This document shows positions 32,601 to 40,587 of a stretch of DNA of 64,000 nt, piece by piece (the stretch's first letter is position 1; each line of letters opens with the position of its first letter). Below the pieces are notes generated by a model. It had not been told where the DNA came from. It saw only the letters and a program-made list of their open reading frames with translations, and did no database searches. The translations under genes and the position numbers were made by a program. This stretch comes from a virus. Location: IMG/VR virus record IMGVR_UViG_3300042898_000786, positions 1 through 64,000 of that record; one strand, written 5' to 3'.

Positions 32601-33583
32601 TGTTCTATAGCTTGTTCCCTTATAACAGTATCAACCTAAGTGGATTACGCAGGTATATTAACGGAGAGGGTACTGATTTACGTGATGACGACGTTTTCAT
32701 AGACTACTCTAAAGCTGGACCTATAGGTGCTATTATTGGAGCACGTGCAGCCTACTGGTCTAACAAGGATGCGAAGCCAGTAACTATTGCCAACGAGGCG
32801 GAGAACTACGGTGCTATCGCTACAATGTACTTAAGCGAGACGATAGGAACTACGATGTCTTCGTTTCAATTTATGGCTCAACAATCATTTTTGGCTAATA
32901 CAAATCAAATCCTAGAGCTGTTGACCACCAAGGGAGACATTGAGCCTGACTACATCCTTAATAGTTTGTTCAAGACAACCAGTGCTGCTATTCTTCCGAA
33001 TACCTTGACTGCTCTTAACAGGGCTACCCGCACGAAGCTTCCAGACTTGTACGACAAGAACAGCCTATATAATAGTTTGACAAACGTCATTAAAGACCGT
33101 ACATTCAATACTGATGGCATCCCGGCAAAGTTTAATATCTGGGGTGATGCTGTAGACCAAACGCCAGTAGGTGCAGACCCAGTATTCTATAACTTGTTTG
33201 ACCCGATTCGATATCAGAAGCGTCAGTACAGGCCCGAGCAACTTGAGGTGTTCCGTCTTTACGAAGACCTAGGGCAAGACACCAAGGTGATACCCACTAT
33301 ACCTCGTGAGCTTATGTCGCGCAAGTTCAAGGATACGGAGACTGAAATTGAGTATACGTTTACAAACGAAGAGGTCAACGCTATGATGGAAAAGCTCGGT
33401 AAAGAACGGTCAAAGGCTATGGCTGAGCTCATCAAAGAAGACTGGTATAAGAGCTACAATGACGAAGATAAGGCTTACGAATTGGAGTACCTTTACAAAG
33501 ATATTTCTAAGAACGGAGAATGGAAGCAAATGCTCTACAACTTTATGGAAACAGCAAAACAAGAAAACAGAATCAAAGAATGA
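23636..33583 (+). CDS. giant polyvalent ejection protein (3315 aa)
   Basis: HEAIH zincin motif (26300-26314), GMLTGQNP..ENSFLVP DUF3293-like domain, HhH-like GPKIG..TMDRW domain; TATATTTG box at 23612-23619. Confidence 0.7.
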   Translation: MMNEELDGLVSLGIERGRDFLYISNILKEEGYSEADIKSAEQFYNQKKKSQSDSTSASKPAMDSGASGLGGPRVGKSGLVSGFSEAFKEVQGQQVAVQQASVVANEREALGAIQFGLTGKAPLSYQQEKLLVADKEKISSEFEAQKSQSAKIFLANKEAGNDPYQDPEFQAAKQKENEFVERGANVNRQLHPELPEDAFVAYNDRGEARETPLSETKYLQSAIKVIPGLQQDIDFARIQERKQAEDAVEAEEFRKSYEFGNIPVISKAANLGIAVASGLTDMVANVAAFITEPFAGTTDEYEGIIPEVAQSIYESAKFTSSAMRQQRGVNLENYGLTASQQEKDPFSLWAEGDIEGGSKSLAVMVADAALFSRAIGALYGVGGTAARTQVGQAVLSTGKEGAQGVVNNLSRNVATNVADSPAMFGAMATLSAQQSWDAVKGRDDLTLSEKLFYQSVGIAANTLTEALNVDDLRLVTKGLPSAQREIALKSFRGTVKSYFDDVAKVGTPEAFEETLNFYADAFAKYVIDGELPTITDPLSSIAVGFLAPSLNVTATYAPAMIETALATTPWKMAKTKEFERNRKLADERGRIVEALANENLPQNEKKILQKALNNIETAIEDQERKDFEFYSGMQYADANEILNIHGQIGTKVQQYKKTRSKELRTVLEAEIRGLYGRKVEIENNYDSTQKSGISSSVFQGQATEQAKPEQGASQETIEASGVLQVSTEEGPEVTAEQETTRQEASKGASEEFAVGAVTPGKVITEGLARVMNNIFNATKAIVRGGKVQFHYSQESIADANEVTRSQKAKNPKIFFDGFYDRTNKVFHVYIPTAADSAKVVKQEDGKYALVDPKFAGQVIKTYDDRTTAFQAKQKYDENYIKFATSKARHEAIHPVIDALILEDKPILDESGNQVVNNAGEKQFIPNSFRQFLYDNIVSLYSSSPDAQRIFDNFLDPYIQSGATSATMQREAITEFLAAMADEKKFKQLDRGFVQKVKDIVNELLVRAGIRDISISTDDDLYTVARAFKTAMALGVEVKVQKGGWKNYTPVGEVFSVGMLDGLKASSLTDKRLRSIITAGKFGMLTGQNPRGTKFPEEVREKFNREAEAWLKSRGYEAIPILGKFEGIAENSFLVPNLTSDDALLFSREFNQEAVAHNSGFIHFDGSFEPRRPDNNVFGVKYEDKDTDYFSALRTKDGKLTAFKVDYNWDVRLNYRALEDGLTNQIDFSISIPEGQTYAEFFDSIGDQSMRAQATMLQLLAEKVGYSKPILFSTKGTTSFDATKDYTIFNVAEDRELNESFGYFANALSTIISKENMGLYRSLLDETKKNFPELVESKKKEVKEKFNNYDFAPDPQASAEAASGDSFVERLAIKAALDEKMVEFFKTNETDFEALRKNWETNKKLIGEAINVDITDIVPNMKIDGVMEILASPTRDIYAATEVATRLKRTALGGGESLTVDEARLSIQELQNVAAVVGQDAVVGLNGFVASKDLVDGLALILVEVGKTKDGTSTFKFSESPDSATKGDELRQRLRNIDYDELYDLARGFWIGASMSNPEFVREYQNSNFDAEIEKLKSFLEETVNNLKDVAANTLRGSNIRKALEVIDEYNSRILTEIESSLGRAFNPFSSYEILYNSYNDIAYDAKDFFEAEFNRRINDPRRLMNMSIRGAIIEISELDTFTIEDAKAYIASELSNSANNFGKMNTSDAVYADIDGYSVGGAMYTLSPDANYYRLRDFIGNDNLSSVVSDYGPFSYRLGDVIGEANSAISRRTAEASKTTRYKLPEADDFTSARIEVFIPKLNDTYVVTGTYYDGDVGVAFSSTTTGYDLKDPGAALSVMPEVIKAISRMFPERDVKSISFSPIDATSNKRQGGELRRGVYRMFAQRLFGNYFPVGLTSDDENVIPIPYAFRSTENTKPVYEDMANKQINRPRDIDFAISNFENIPQEVTQGLNAISNAVAFASQSSFANKLLFKDELQNRFKSYEKELKKKYGIKSFKVGGKKKFVDAGLKNYLVDAYVYETLVAIQAYPDALGWYDYKTRAAMAIMSLIHPELNTDPMAAVAFKIAVAVTSNGNKVFDNFKEADRQYEYFKKNGNFDGEKSIGTQSAGIKSTLKLVNNVLDRMTMEEFNSFLTSKFRAGDLKYVSKGKSKTLLSGFNVNTEVYGASIFGPKIGNGFFMNLNGQFDQLTMDRWFMRQYGRLTGTLIERDANKIASGKVRLKGAVTALSSKEKSILTKVIPGFAKMSVDERATAINKVSIVKEKRDMLSSTDALNELRKAGNNLAKNLSGEVEAPNGGTQRDFIIDVFNVAQKELKEKYGIDITIADLQAVNWYPEKALYQTFQDGRDEEDGSVETSDNEQPDYESAAVKLAQERGVTNQQIENARARTNSGERAAESNGLRAELIGGDSVKASAEEIRRKILSVKAGQQEPVDLSISVQPPKFEIEGKTIRGFAERMADSNIQLYSDIIENPENYYTPQTLEEIQSQLVIMTIPELLDKMTTDKVTALSGSIKVDLADEDNISVLLGAELIKRYSAEGDDVKLLEMIERMSKMGTTVGRMLRHFGEIKNATHIGIVQTVVAMAQRAGRRLTDTQITKLNTLAQELFALQVEGKDMMSEALRAPRPALDKAIKEKETQLKIATKRLDDFISTAVPKSAQDIFGGLIKGNLLTPVSQVVNVFANLANVFTRQFLVNPPAVLIDAVRAFASGKPREITPSVAAFFFGVKRAAFVGIPEAVEYIFKGTRPTEETFQYESRQGFLPIQAMIAALSDTKVADAINKAAGKEVIKSDQLARLEDGSISFSDRLKKITEATFGIAPEVMFRLLTLGDRPFARFQEGIEIYRRGKKLGLRGEALDNFIKHPDPATIKAGREAGREITYQADTSFSTTVQKILNTIGNTKLGNFLVTIIVPYSKTPSNIIYDTLNYVAPPVAIFRAVKAAKDRRFDQFATLLGKSFVGFTLYAFADFLVKNGLATAGVGDDEKKEKEMFYSLFPYNSINLSGLRRYINGEGTDLRDDDVFIDYSKAGPIGAIIGARAAYWSNKDAKPVTIANEAENYGAIATMYLSETIGTTMSSFQFMAQQSFLANTNQILELLTTKGDIEPDYILNSLFKTTSAAILPNTLTALNRATRTKLPDLYDKNSLYNSLTNVIKDRTFNTDGIPAKFNIWGDAVDQTPVGADPVFYNLFDPIRYQKRQYRPEQLEVFRLYEDLGQDTKVIPTIPRELMSRKFKDTETEIEYTFTNEEVNAMMEKLGKERSKAMAELIKEDWYKSYNDEDKAYELEYLYKDISKNGEWKQMLYNFMETAKQENRIKE
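25689..25835 (+). CDS. nested +1 frame small basic protein (48 aa)
   Basis: MIVRKNQGYQVLSSKGKPLSKPSLSKGQAKKRLKQVEFFKYLQKKAQK; AATAATT-ATG context; resembles small phage proteins ending KKRL.Q.E.FK. Confidence 0.55.
   Translation: MIVRKNQGYQVLSSKGKPLSKPSLSKGQAKKRLKQVEFFKYLQKKAQK
30786..30935 (+). CDS. possible nested +1 frame protein (49 aa)
   Basis: MQEQEQIVENVLLNLTDSELNSLAETVSKLVPKK...; preceded by ACAAATAGAAA. Confidence 0.35.
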   Translation: MQEQEQIVENVLLNLTDSELNSLAETVSKLVPKKSVVKSSASKLGNKSL

Positions 33584-34002
33584 AAATATGGAAATTAAGT
33601 TCAATCCTATTAATTACTGGGTTGTTAACAGGTTGCAGCGCCACGTGGCACTTAAATCGAGCAATCAAGAAGGACCCATCTGTATTGAAGCCCACGGTTG
33701 TTACGATATGGGATACGATAGTGACCCCAGCGATTTACCTCGTTGATACGGTAAGTATTCCGAGCGGTTTGGACTCTTCTGTTATTGATAACGACACCGT
33801 GAGGATTGTCATTACCAAATACCAAGACAAGATTATAGTAAAGACACAAGTCAAGGAGATTCCATATACTGTATCAGTACAGGCGGAGTGCCCTCCACAG
33901 CTCGTGCGTCCAGATTCTAAGACGGACAAGGTAAAGAATTATTTACTTTTGTTTTTGGCGGCTGCGCTTGCCGTTATGACGTTTTTATATCGATACAGGT
34001 AA
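33580..34002 (+). CDS. unimolecular spanin-like lipoprotein
   Basis: Start MKIWK overlaps stop of giant gene (ATGA); lipobox LLTGC; beta-rich middle; C-terminal TM helix. Confidence 0.7.
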   Translation: MKIWKLSSILLITGLLTGCSATWHLNRAIKKDPSVLKPTVVTIWDTIVTPAIYLVDTVSIPSGLDSSVIDNDTVRIVITKYQDKIIVKTQVKEIPYTVSVQAECPPQLVRPDSKTDKVKNYLLLFLAAALAVMTFLYRYR

Positions 34003-34142
34003 TGGCTAAAACCAAAGCACAAACAGCATCAACATTCCAAGCAAAGCCTAAAGTAAGCAGGCCCGGCGTACATTCTAAGACCAAGAGCAGCAAGCTCAAA
34101 ACGTCTAAGCTGTATTCTAAGTCCTATCGTGGGCAGGGCTAG
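34002..34142 (+). CDS. small basic protein ending YRGQG
   Basis: MAKTKAQ...RPGVHSKTK...KSYRGQG; translationally coupled to upstream gene. Confidence 0.65.
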   Translation: MAKTKAQTASTFQAKPKVSRPGVHSKTKSSKLKTSKLYSKSYRGQG

Positions 34143-34208
34143 AGAGAAAACTCAATCAAACACTGAGCCTGTACGTTATTGCGATACGAAGCCAGTAGAG
34201 TGCTCCTG

Positions 34209-34619
34209 CTACGGTAAGGTATGCAGTAAGGCTGTTGCCTTGACTAAGTAACCTATAGAGGTATCCTTATCGCCTCCCTTTACGTCTTTGCGGTGATGGT
34301 GTTCATCACATATTACTTTTAACCGAGCGGTGGCGATTATGATGCTATACATAACGTCTTCAGATGTATAGTGCCCTTGGGCTATTAGTTGTTTGTTAGC
34401 TTGTTTTGTAGCGGCTATCAGACACCAGAACTTTGCTTCTGTAGTAATAATCCCCGAAGGCTTACCTCTTGATTCGTATTCTATGTAGAAGTTGCCGGAC
34501 CAGTGTGTGCCGAAGTCAAACTTTACTTCGATTGTGTGGTCAGACAACATCTTGCCGAGGGCATTCTCTCCAACTTGACCAAGCTTTAGGTCGTACCGAA
34601 AATCGCTATTATAATCCAT
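34209..34619 (-). CDS. PD-(D/E)xK-like nuclease
   Basis: DLKLGQVGE...IEVKFD...GNFYIEYESRGKPSGI. Confidence 0.6.
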   Translation of the reverse strand: MDYNSDFRYDLKLGQVGENALGKMLSDHTIEVKFDFGTHWSGNFYIEYESRGKPSGIITTEAKFWCLIAATKQANKQLIAQGHYTSEDVMYSIIIATARLKVICDEHHHRKDVKGGDKDTSIGYLVKATALLHTLP

Positions 34620-35407
34620 TACAGCTTATCTACAATCATATATGAGTCTAGGTCCTTGCCCTCAATAAAGAATGTCTTAAAACGCTCTATAGCCAGCTCT
34701 ACCTTCTGCTCTCCATCAAATAGGAACTGCTCTGACACGGTAAATAATCCTATGTCTAAACTCTTCTTATCTATAGCTATAAAGTAGAAGTCTTTTACTC
34801 CAAATATCTGCGTATAGATATAGGCTTGCATATCATACCCGTACTTACGTGCGGAGAATCGAAAGTTAGAACTAAGGTCTGTTGTCGTCTTGATGTCAGC
34901 GATAAAACCTTCCTCTAGATTAAGGATGTCAGCCTTAGCCCTAAACGGAATACCAGATAGCATACCCACTCCCGGCTTCTCGAACATCGCCCCCTCTAGG
35001 TATTTACTTACTATTTCATTGCGATTAAACGCACCTACAATTCTCATAGCTGAGTCGTACTCTGCTGAGGTAACAACGTCCTTCTTAGACGCCTCCTTAA
35101 GCTCTTTAAAAGCCTTTGTAGTCTTTCCCTTGGTACTGGATATATCGAACCTATTTTCGAGCTCGTGAGGCTCTAAAATCATCGTATGAATAAGCTTACC
35201 CATAAGGAGAGCTGGAGAATCCTCCTTCTGTCCATACTTAGTTACGTAGTAGTAAGTCTTAGGGGATTCTAAGAGCATCTTACACGCAGAGGATGATAGA
35301 GCGTGCTTGCCGAGATGGCCATAGTAGAAGTCGTCATCTACCATTAGACTCAAAAGGTCTGGAGCGTTATACTCCTCGCCGTTGAGTAGTGTTATAATAT
35401 CTTTCAT
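34619..35407 (-). CDS. PD-(D/E)xK exonuclease (RecE/ExoVIII-like)
   Basis: LSSS..K, GKLIHTMILEP, KADIL, DIKTT, YDMQAYIY. Confidence 0.8.
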   Translation of the reverse strand: MKDIITLLNGEEYNAPDLLSLMVDDDFYYGHLGKHALSSSACKMLLESPKTYYYVTKYGQKEDSPALLMGKLIHTMILEPHELENRFDISSTKGKTTKAFKELKEASKKDVVTSAEYDSAMRIVGAFNRNEIVSKYLEGAMFEKPGVGMLSGIPFRAKADILNLEEGFIADIKTTTDLSSNFRFSARKYGYDMQAYIYTQIFGVKDFYFIAIDKKSLDIGLFTVSEQFLFDGEQKVELAIERFKTFFIEGKDLDSYMIVDKL

Positions 35408-35452
35408 TTATGTTCAATTGAGGGTGTTTTATTTAATTTTGGGCTGGGCATA

Positions 35453-37213
35453 CTAGCCGTCGCAGCTACCGCATTCTGGGTCCATAGCTTTTGCAGCTAG
35501 GTCGCCCCTAAGGACAGACTCAGTACGCATATAGTATAGGGTCTTGATACCCTGCCGCCACGCTTCCATATGTACTTGGTTAATCCATTTTGGAGTGGCC
35601 TCAGAAGGGAACGCTAGGTTTAGGCTAACCGACTGGTCAACGTATCGCTGCCGCACACCTGCTTGCCTTATTAGTTCAAGTTGATTAATTTCCTTAAAGG
35701 TCTTAAACACATCCTTAATGGGAATGATGTCATCCTTGTGTTCACAATCACTAACTCGTACAAGCTTGCTGTTTAGGTATCCCCAGTCGTCAAGCTTATC
35801 AAGGTTCTGCACTGAACCACCATCTAGTAGAATCTGGTCCCAAGAATCTTTATTATTAATACCAATCTTTCTAAGTGCTCTCTCTAGGGTTGGGTTCTTA
35901 CGTATGAACGTACCCTTGGCAGACTGCTCGGTAAACACGTTTGCGGCCCAAGGCTCAATACCTGCTGATACGTTGCCACTGAGCTTACTATTGGAAACTG
36001 TAGGCGCTATAGCACGGAGGTGGGTGTTACGCATACCAGTACCCCTGCACCATAACGGCTCGCCGTAGGTCTTAGCCATATCGCGACTAGCGCGGTCTGA
36101 CTCATCTTTTATGTGAGAGAAAATCTTACGAGTGTGGAAATGTGTTTGCAGCCCTTCAAACGGAATCCCCTTTTGTTGTAGATAGGTGTGCCATCCGAGT
36201 ACTCCCAGACCAAGTGCCCGTCCCTTTTCAGCAGAACGAACCGAATTTTCGAAGCCCCGCATATTCTTGGCTTTCTGAATGAACTCTTCAAGCACACCAT
36301 CTAAAAACAACGTACTATAGTACACAAGTTCTGTATTACACCATTCGTCATACTTGGCTAAGTTCAGTGATGACAAGCAGCATACAAAGCTGTGCGAGTC
36401 GTCAGTATGTAGTACAATCTCAGAACAGATGTTAGTCATATATACCTTTAGACCGTTTGTCTTATATGCGTCGGGGTTCTGCTTGTTTACGTTACCTCGG
36501 TACATAATGTAAGGCTCTCCAGTAGCCTTGCGCTTTTGTAATAACTTACTCCACCTACGGCGGGCATCGCTATCACCCTCTTCAAGCTTACACATAAACT
36601 TATCACCTATGATAGCACACTGATGTAAGTTCAAAGACTGACGATTGACGTCGCCCTTAGGCTCACGAATCTCAATCCAATCATCGAAGTCTGGGTGGTC
36701 GATATTTAGATTCACAGAAGCCGCGCCTCTACGTACATTACCTTGTGATGTAGCGAGGATAGTAGAATCATAAATCTTACAGAACGGAACAACGCCATCT
36801 GTGGTGCCGTCGCCGTTACCAATGGGAGAACCGGAAGGACGAATCATATTGATTCCAATGCCTACTCCTCCTCCGTGCTTAGCTAACATCATAAGCTCTA
36901 GGTTCTTAGCACCGATATCGTGGACGCTGTCTGCAACGTCTATACCGAAGCAGCTAATAGGAAGGCCACGGTCGGAGCCAGTGTTAGCTAGAACCGGTGT
37001 AGCCAAGCATAGCCAGTTGTTCCATATATACTCAAAGAACTTAGGGGCAAGCTCGGGTCGCTTCAGTCTGTTCGCTGCCGTTGTTGACACGCGCCAGTAC
37101 GCGTCCTTAGGGGACTCGTCACCTATTAGGTATCCTTTGCTGATTGTCTTTAGATATACCTCCGTATCACCCCACTCTGGGTAATCAATTCCTGCTTGCC
37201 AGTTATTTTTCAT
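35453..37213 (-). CDS. nrdA: ribonucleotide reductase class I alpha subunit
   Basis: ATPVLAN, ISCF, GGGVG, TNICSE, IAPTVSNS, DQSVSLN, KTLYY, C-terminal CxxC; no ATP cone. Confidence 0.95.
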   Translation of the reverse strand: MKNNWQAGIDYPEWGDTEVYLKTISKGYLIGDESPKDAYWRVSTTAANRLKRPELAPKFFEYIWNNWLCLATPVLANTGSDRGLPISCFGIDVADSVHDIGAKNLELMMLAKHGGGVGIGINMIRPSGSPIGNGDGTTDGVVPFCKIYDSTILATSQGNVRRGAASVNLNIDHPDFDDWIEIREPKGDVNRQSLNLHQCAIIGDKFMCKLEEGDSDARRRWSKLLQKRKATGEPYIMYRGNVNKQNPDAYKTNGLKVYMTNICSEIVLHTDDSHSFVCCLSSLNLAKYDEWCNTELVYYSTLFLDGVLEEFIQKAKNMRGFENSVRSAEKGRALGLGVLGWHTYLQQKGIPFEGLQTHFHTRKIFSHIKDESDRASRDMAKTYGEPLWCRGTGMRNTHLRAIAPTVSNSKLSGNVSAGIEPWAANVFTEQSAKGTFIRKNPTLERALRKIGINNKDSWDQILLDGGSVQNLDKLDDWGYLNSKLVRVSDCEHKDDIIPIKDVFKTFKEINQLELIRQAGVRQRYVDQSVSLNLAFPSEATPKWINQVHMEAWRQGIKTLYYMRTESVLRGDLAAKAMDPECGSCDG

Positions 37214-37514
37214 CTTGTATTTTTTCTATTTCGTTGACAATGTTGTCGTAAAGTATAGAGTGCTTTTTGCTTGTCTCTATTAAGTTCTGCAATGAACGCA
37301 GGGCTAGCGATACACTTGCGTGGCCCTTCTTATTGAACGCCTTCGCAAGACTCACGTGAGTGATATTTGTGTAGTTGTATAGAATCTTATAGGCGATGTG
37401 GCGTGCTGCCACTACTTCACCCCTACGAGATACAGAAAAGAGAGAGGGCCTATTGACCCCCGTCTCCATACAGATAGTATCTATGATACGCTCTTGAAAT
37501 TTATTTAGTCCCAT
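37203..37514 (-). CDS. DnaA C-terminal-like HTH protein
   Basis: SRRGEVVAARHIAYKIL...SLAKAFNKKGHASV. Confidence 0.65.
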   Translation of the reverse strand: MGLNKFQERIIDTICMETGVNRPSLFSVSRRGEVVAARHIAYKILYNYTNITHVSLAKAFNKKGHASVSLALRSLQNLIETSKKHSILYDNIVNEIEKIQDEK

Positions 37515-38500
37515 ATTGATTCGAAGTCTTCTCCTTCGCTTGCTTTTGAGTAATCTGTTGACCGCATAGCGAAGAAATCTGTATGCGTAACGCCTCCGGT
37601 AAGGTGATAAAACCAGTCAAGTTCTCCTGCTGAGTCCTTATCATACTCAAAGATAGCGCTATAGCCGAGCTCCTGCAACTTCTCATTAGCTCTTTTTTTG
37701 ATGAACTCCTTTAAGTCTTTGGCTTTCAGGTTCTCAAGGTCTCCCATCTCAAACATCTTATCGATAAAGTTTACCTCCATCTGCACGGCAAGGCGAGAGG
37801 CTTCTTCTACCTCCGCACGAACAGCATCTCGAACCTCAGGATACTCCTCACATAGTTGATTAAACAATGTGATTCCCATCGTACTATGCAGGCTCTCGTC
37901 ACGGACACTCCACTTCATCTGTTGACCGATACCCTTTAATAGGTTTCGCATCTGGAATGAGTATAGAACAGCGAACGAAGAGTATAAAGCTACTCCTTCC
38001 GCTAATGCTGAGAACACGGCAATCGAGCGAGCCACATCTTGACGAGCTTGAGGGCTGACCTTAAGGGTGCTGTGGTTGTACTCAGCCTTTGTGTTGACAA
38101 GATTCTCAAAGCGTGCAGCAGTGGCAGGCTCGTGGAGAAAAGCTTTGAAGTCATCGAGGCCAAGGGTCTCATTTAAGTAGCTGTATGCAGCCGCGTGGAT
38201 TGTCTCCTGCGAACCGAATGCCATAGCCATCTGCTTAATCTCGTGCTTAGGAAACCACTTGGTAACCATACCGGTCCAGTAGTCGGCAACAGCTGTCTCT
38301 GTCTGTGCGAAGCCTAGAAGTATGTTACCGACAAGGTTACGCTCAGCATCCGTAAGATTCTCACGAAAGTCTTTTACGTCGTTCTGCATCGGGATTTCAG
38401 TATGCAGCCAGAAGGCCTGCATCTGGAGCATCCAACCTTTAGTAAAGTATATTGGATATTCAAAGGGTTTGTACTCTATACGTTCATCGAAGATTCCCAT
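37505..38500 (-). CDS. nrdB: ribonucleotide reductase class I beta subunit
   Basis: YKPFEYP, ETIHAAAY, EGVALYSSF, RDESLH, DFFA. Confidence 0.95.
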   Translation of the reverse strand: MGIFDERIEYKPFEYPIYFTKGWMLQMQAFWLHTEIPMQNDVKDFRENLTDAERNLVGNILLGFAQTETAVADYWTGMVTKWFPKHEIKQMAMAFGSQETIHAAAYSYLNETLGLDDFKAFLHEPATAARFENLVNTKAEYNHSTLKVSPQARQDVARSIAVFSALAEGVALYSSFAVLYSFQMRNLLKGIGQQMKWSVRDESLHSTMGITLFNQLCEEYPEVRDAVRAEVEEASRLAVQMEVNFIDKMFEMGDLENLKAKDLKEFIKKRANEKLQELGYSAIFEYDKDSAGELDWFYHLTGGVTHTDFFAMRSTDYSKASEGEDFESIWD

Positions 38501-38587
38501 TGTTTTGGATTATATGTTAGACAAAAAAGGTCACCAAAGTGACCGAAGAAAAGGGGTTGCGAATGTAAGCTTTAATAGCTTTGTAAG

Positions 38588-38980
38588 CTAATTGTTTCTC
38601 ACTTGGCTAAACTTAATAGTATCAGGCAGATGGCCAAAAACATATTGTGTTACAGAGCACAACCACATACGAGAACCGCTCTTTTCATATATAACTCCGT
38701 CGTGCTCCCATAAGTAATACCACGCTCCTCCATCGTCCGTGTCTTCGTCTTTGACTAAGAGTCCGTCGTGCTTGTGTGCACAAGTGTTGGGGCATACCAA
38801 CAAGGAGCATTTGTCCCCGCTGTCTGACAGGAAGTCTAGGAAGTCATCAGCACCCTCTACCATTTGTAGTGATGCTTTTTCTCCTTCCCAGTCCGGTAGG
38901 TCTACATACCAGTTACCGTTACTCTCCTTCGTGAATGATAGTGGCAATGCCTCTGTTGAGGCTTTCAATTCTGATTTCAT
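38588..38980 (-). CDS. hypothetical protein
   Basis: WYVDLPDW...LQMVEGAD..LD...WLC.VT.YVFG motif. Confidence 0.65.
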   Translation of the reverse strand: MKSELKASTEALPLSFTKESNGNWYVDLPDWEGEKASLQMVEGADDFLDFLSDSGDKCSLLVCPNTCAHKHDGLLVKDEDTDDGGAWYYLWEHDGVIYEKSGSRMWLCSVTQYVFGHLPDTIKFSQVRNN

Positions 38981-39911
38981 TTACTTTTTTTATATTTCTT
39001 GATTCAACATATGTTTTTGCTAAGTTTGCTGCTAACTCCTTAGCTTTCTTTTTAGTCATCGTATCGATAGCCTCCTTCCATTCCTCAGGTGTTGAGCATA
39101 GGATACCATTGTATCCATTGACTATATAGTCCTTGTATGGGGAGACATTTGAAGCAATGACAGCTGTGCCAGTGAACGCCGCTTCTACGAGCTTAAGGTC
39201 CGACTTGCATTCATTGAAGATATTCTTCTTTAGTGGAACCAGTAGAACGTCAAGGTTCTTATACACTTCTGCGTAATCAAAGATGTTAGTCCAAGGTACA
39301 GGGTGCGAAGCCTTTAGCTTATTGACGTATTTCTCTACGTTGGTACAATAAAGAGTCTTACCTTCAAATGTATATCCGATTTCATCGACGTCATCGTTAT
39401 GAGAACCGGCACCAGTATATCCAAATCTTAACTCTTTGGATTTTACTTTCTTATGACTCCATTGCTTAGCGTCTGGGTCAACGGCATTAGGAACTATAAC
39501 AACATCAGCCTTTGGTGCTAGGCGCTTTACATACTTCGCTAGGATTTCTGAAGGAGTCCATACGACATCCGCTATCTGTAATGTTTTCTTAATCATATTT
39601 CCTACTTCTTTTTTCCATAAATTGTAATTAAAGTTATCTTTGTTTAGAACCCAGTAGTCATCTACGTCTACAATGATGCGAATATTGTTAGCGCGTTTCA
39701 TAATATGACGAAAGTGTTTATGGTTCCTAGCGTTTACAACCCTAGGGATTACTACGTTACTGACTAAAGTCAAGTCCATATCTACCATCTCCTTAAGTTC
39801 TTTGACGAGATGTATTTTATCGTAGCCGGAGTTCATAAGGTTTTGAGCCGGCACCATAATACGGTGGTAGTTAATACCGTTTATGTCATCCAATAAGATA
39901 ATAGTATACAT
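38919..39911 (-). CDS. glycosyltransferase (GT-B, family 4-like)
   Basis: YHRI..P, DVDDYW, VPNAVD, FNECKSDLKLVEA, ASNVSPY. Confidence 0.8.
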   Translation of the reverse strand: MYTIILLDDINGINYHRIMVPAQNLMNSGYDKIHLVKELKEMVDMDLTLVSNVVIPRVVNARNHKHFRHIMKRANNIRIIVDVDDYWVLNKDNFNYNLWKKEVGNMIKKTLQIADVVWTPSEILAKYVKRLAPKADVVIVPNAVDPDAKQWSHKKVKSKELRFGYTGAGSHNDDVDEIGYTFEGKTLYCTNVEKYVNKLKASHPVPWTNIFDYAEVYKNLDVLLVPLKKNIFNECKSDLKLVEAAFTGTAVIASNVSPYKDYIVNGYNGILCSTPEEWKEAIDTMTKKKAKELAANLAKTYVESRNIKKVNEIRIESLNRGIATIIHEGE

Positions 39912-40126
39912 TACATTCCCTCGGAGTGCTGTCGAATAGCAGAACGAATTAATTCAACCTCTAGCCTGACTTTCTTTATGTAATTGTCAACTAATATCTT
40001 GACAGCATCTTGGTCCTCGAGTGGTTCTCCGTTCTTGTCGTGCAGAGACTCATATAGTTCTGTTGTAGTCTGAGCAACAAAGTTTGTCGCCACAAAATAC
40101 ATCCGTGAGAGTTCACTTACTTGCAT
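39911..40126 (-). CDS. hypothetical protein
   Basis: Coupled ORF in replication block. Confidence 0.6.
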   Translation of the reverse strand: MQVSELSRMYFVATNFVAQTTTELYESLHDKNGEPLEDQDAVKILVDNYIKKVRLEVELIRSAIRQHSEGM

Positions 40127-40556
40127 CGGAGATTATTTTAATAGTTTCGTCTACTTGGTTTTTGTTCTTCGGGATGAAGAAATGCCAATCATACATACCA
40201 TTCTCTTTGCAATGCTTTAAAAACATTTTCCAACGCAGAGGAAAGTCTGCCGACATAACGTATCCTTTAGTCTCTATAACAAATTTATGCTCGTAGCTCA
40301 CGAAGTCTGGAGTATATATTATTTGGAGGATTGTTTTGTTAGAACTTTCCACAAGGTCTCCCTTTTTCGGAACAGACTTGTAATAAAACTCTGGACCTTT
40401 AAAAGAATCCTGGAGAATATACTTGTGCTTTTCGTACTCGAAGTGAGTACCGCTTTCTTTGAGGGCTTGGGCGCAGTACGCTTCGAGGCCCGACTTGTAT
40501 TGGCCCGTTGTCTTGGCTCTTGTTTTGTTTTTTGCATTTTTCTTTCTTTTAAACAC
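40113..40556 (-). CDS. T7 endonuclease I-like resolvase
   Basis: KSGLE, FEYE, YTPDF, IETKG; minus-strand TACTTTTG box at 40561-40568. Confidence 0.8.
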   Translation of the reverse strand: MFKRKKNAKNKTRAKTTGQYKSGLEAYCAQALKESGTHFEYEKHKYILQDSFKGPEFYYKSVPKKGDLVESSNKTILQIIYTPDFVSYEHKFVIETKGYVMSADFPLRWKMFLKHCKENGMYDWHFFIPKNKNQVDETIKIISDASK

Positions 40557-40587
40557 TTAGCAAAAGTAAACTAATATATTTTAGTAA

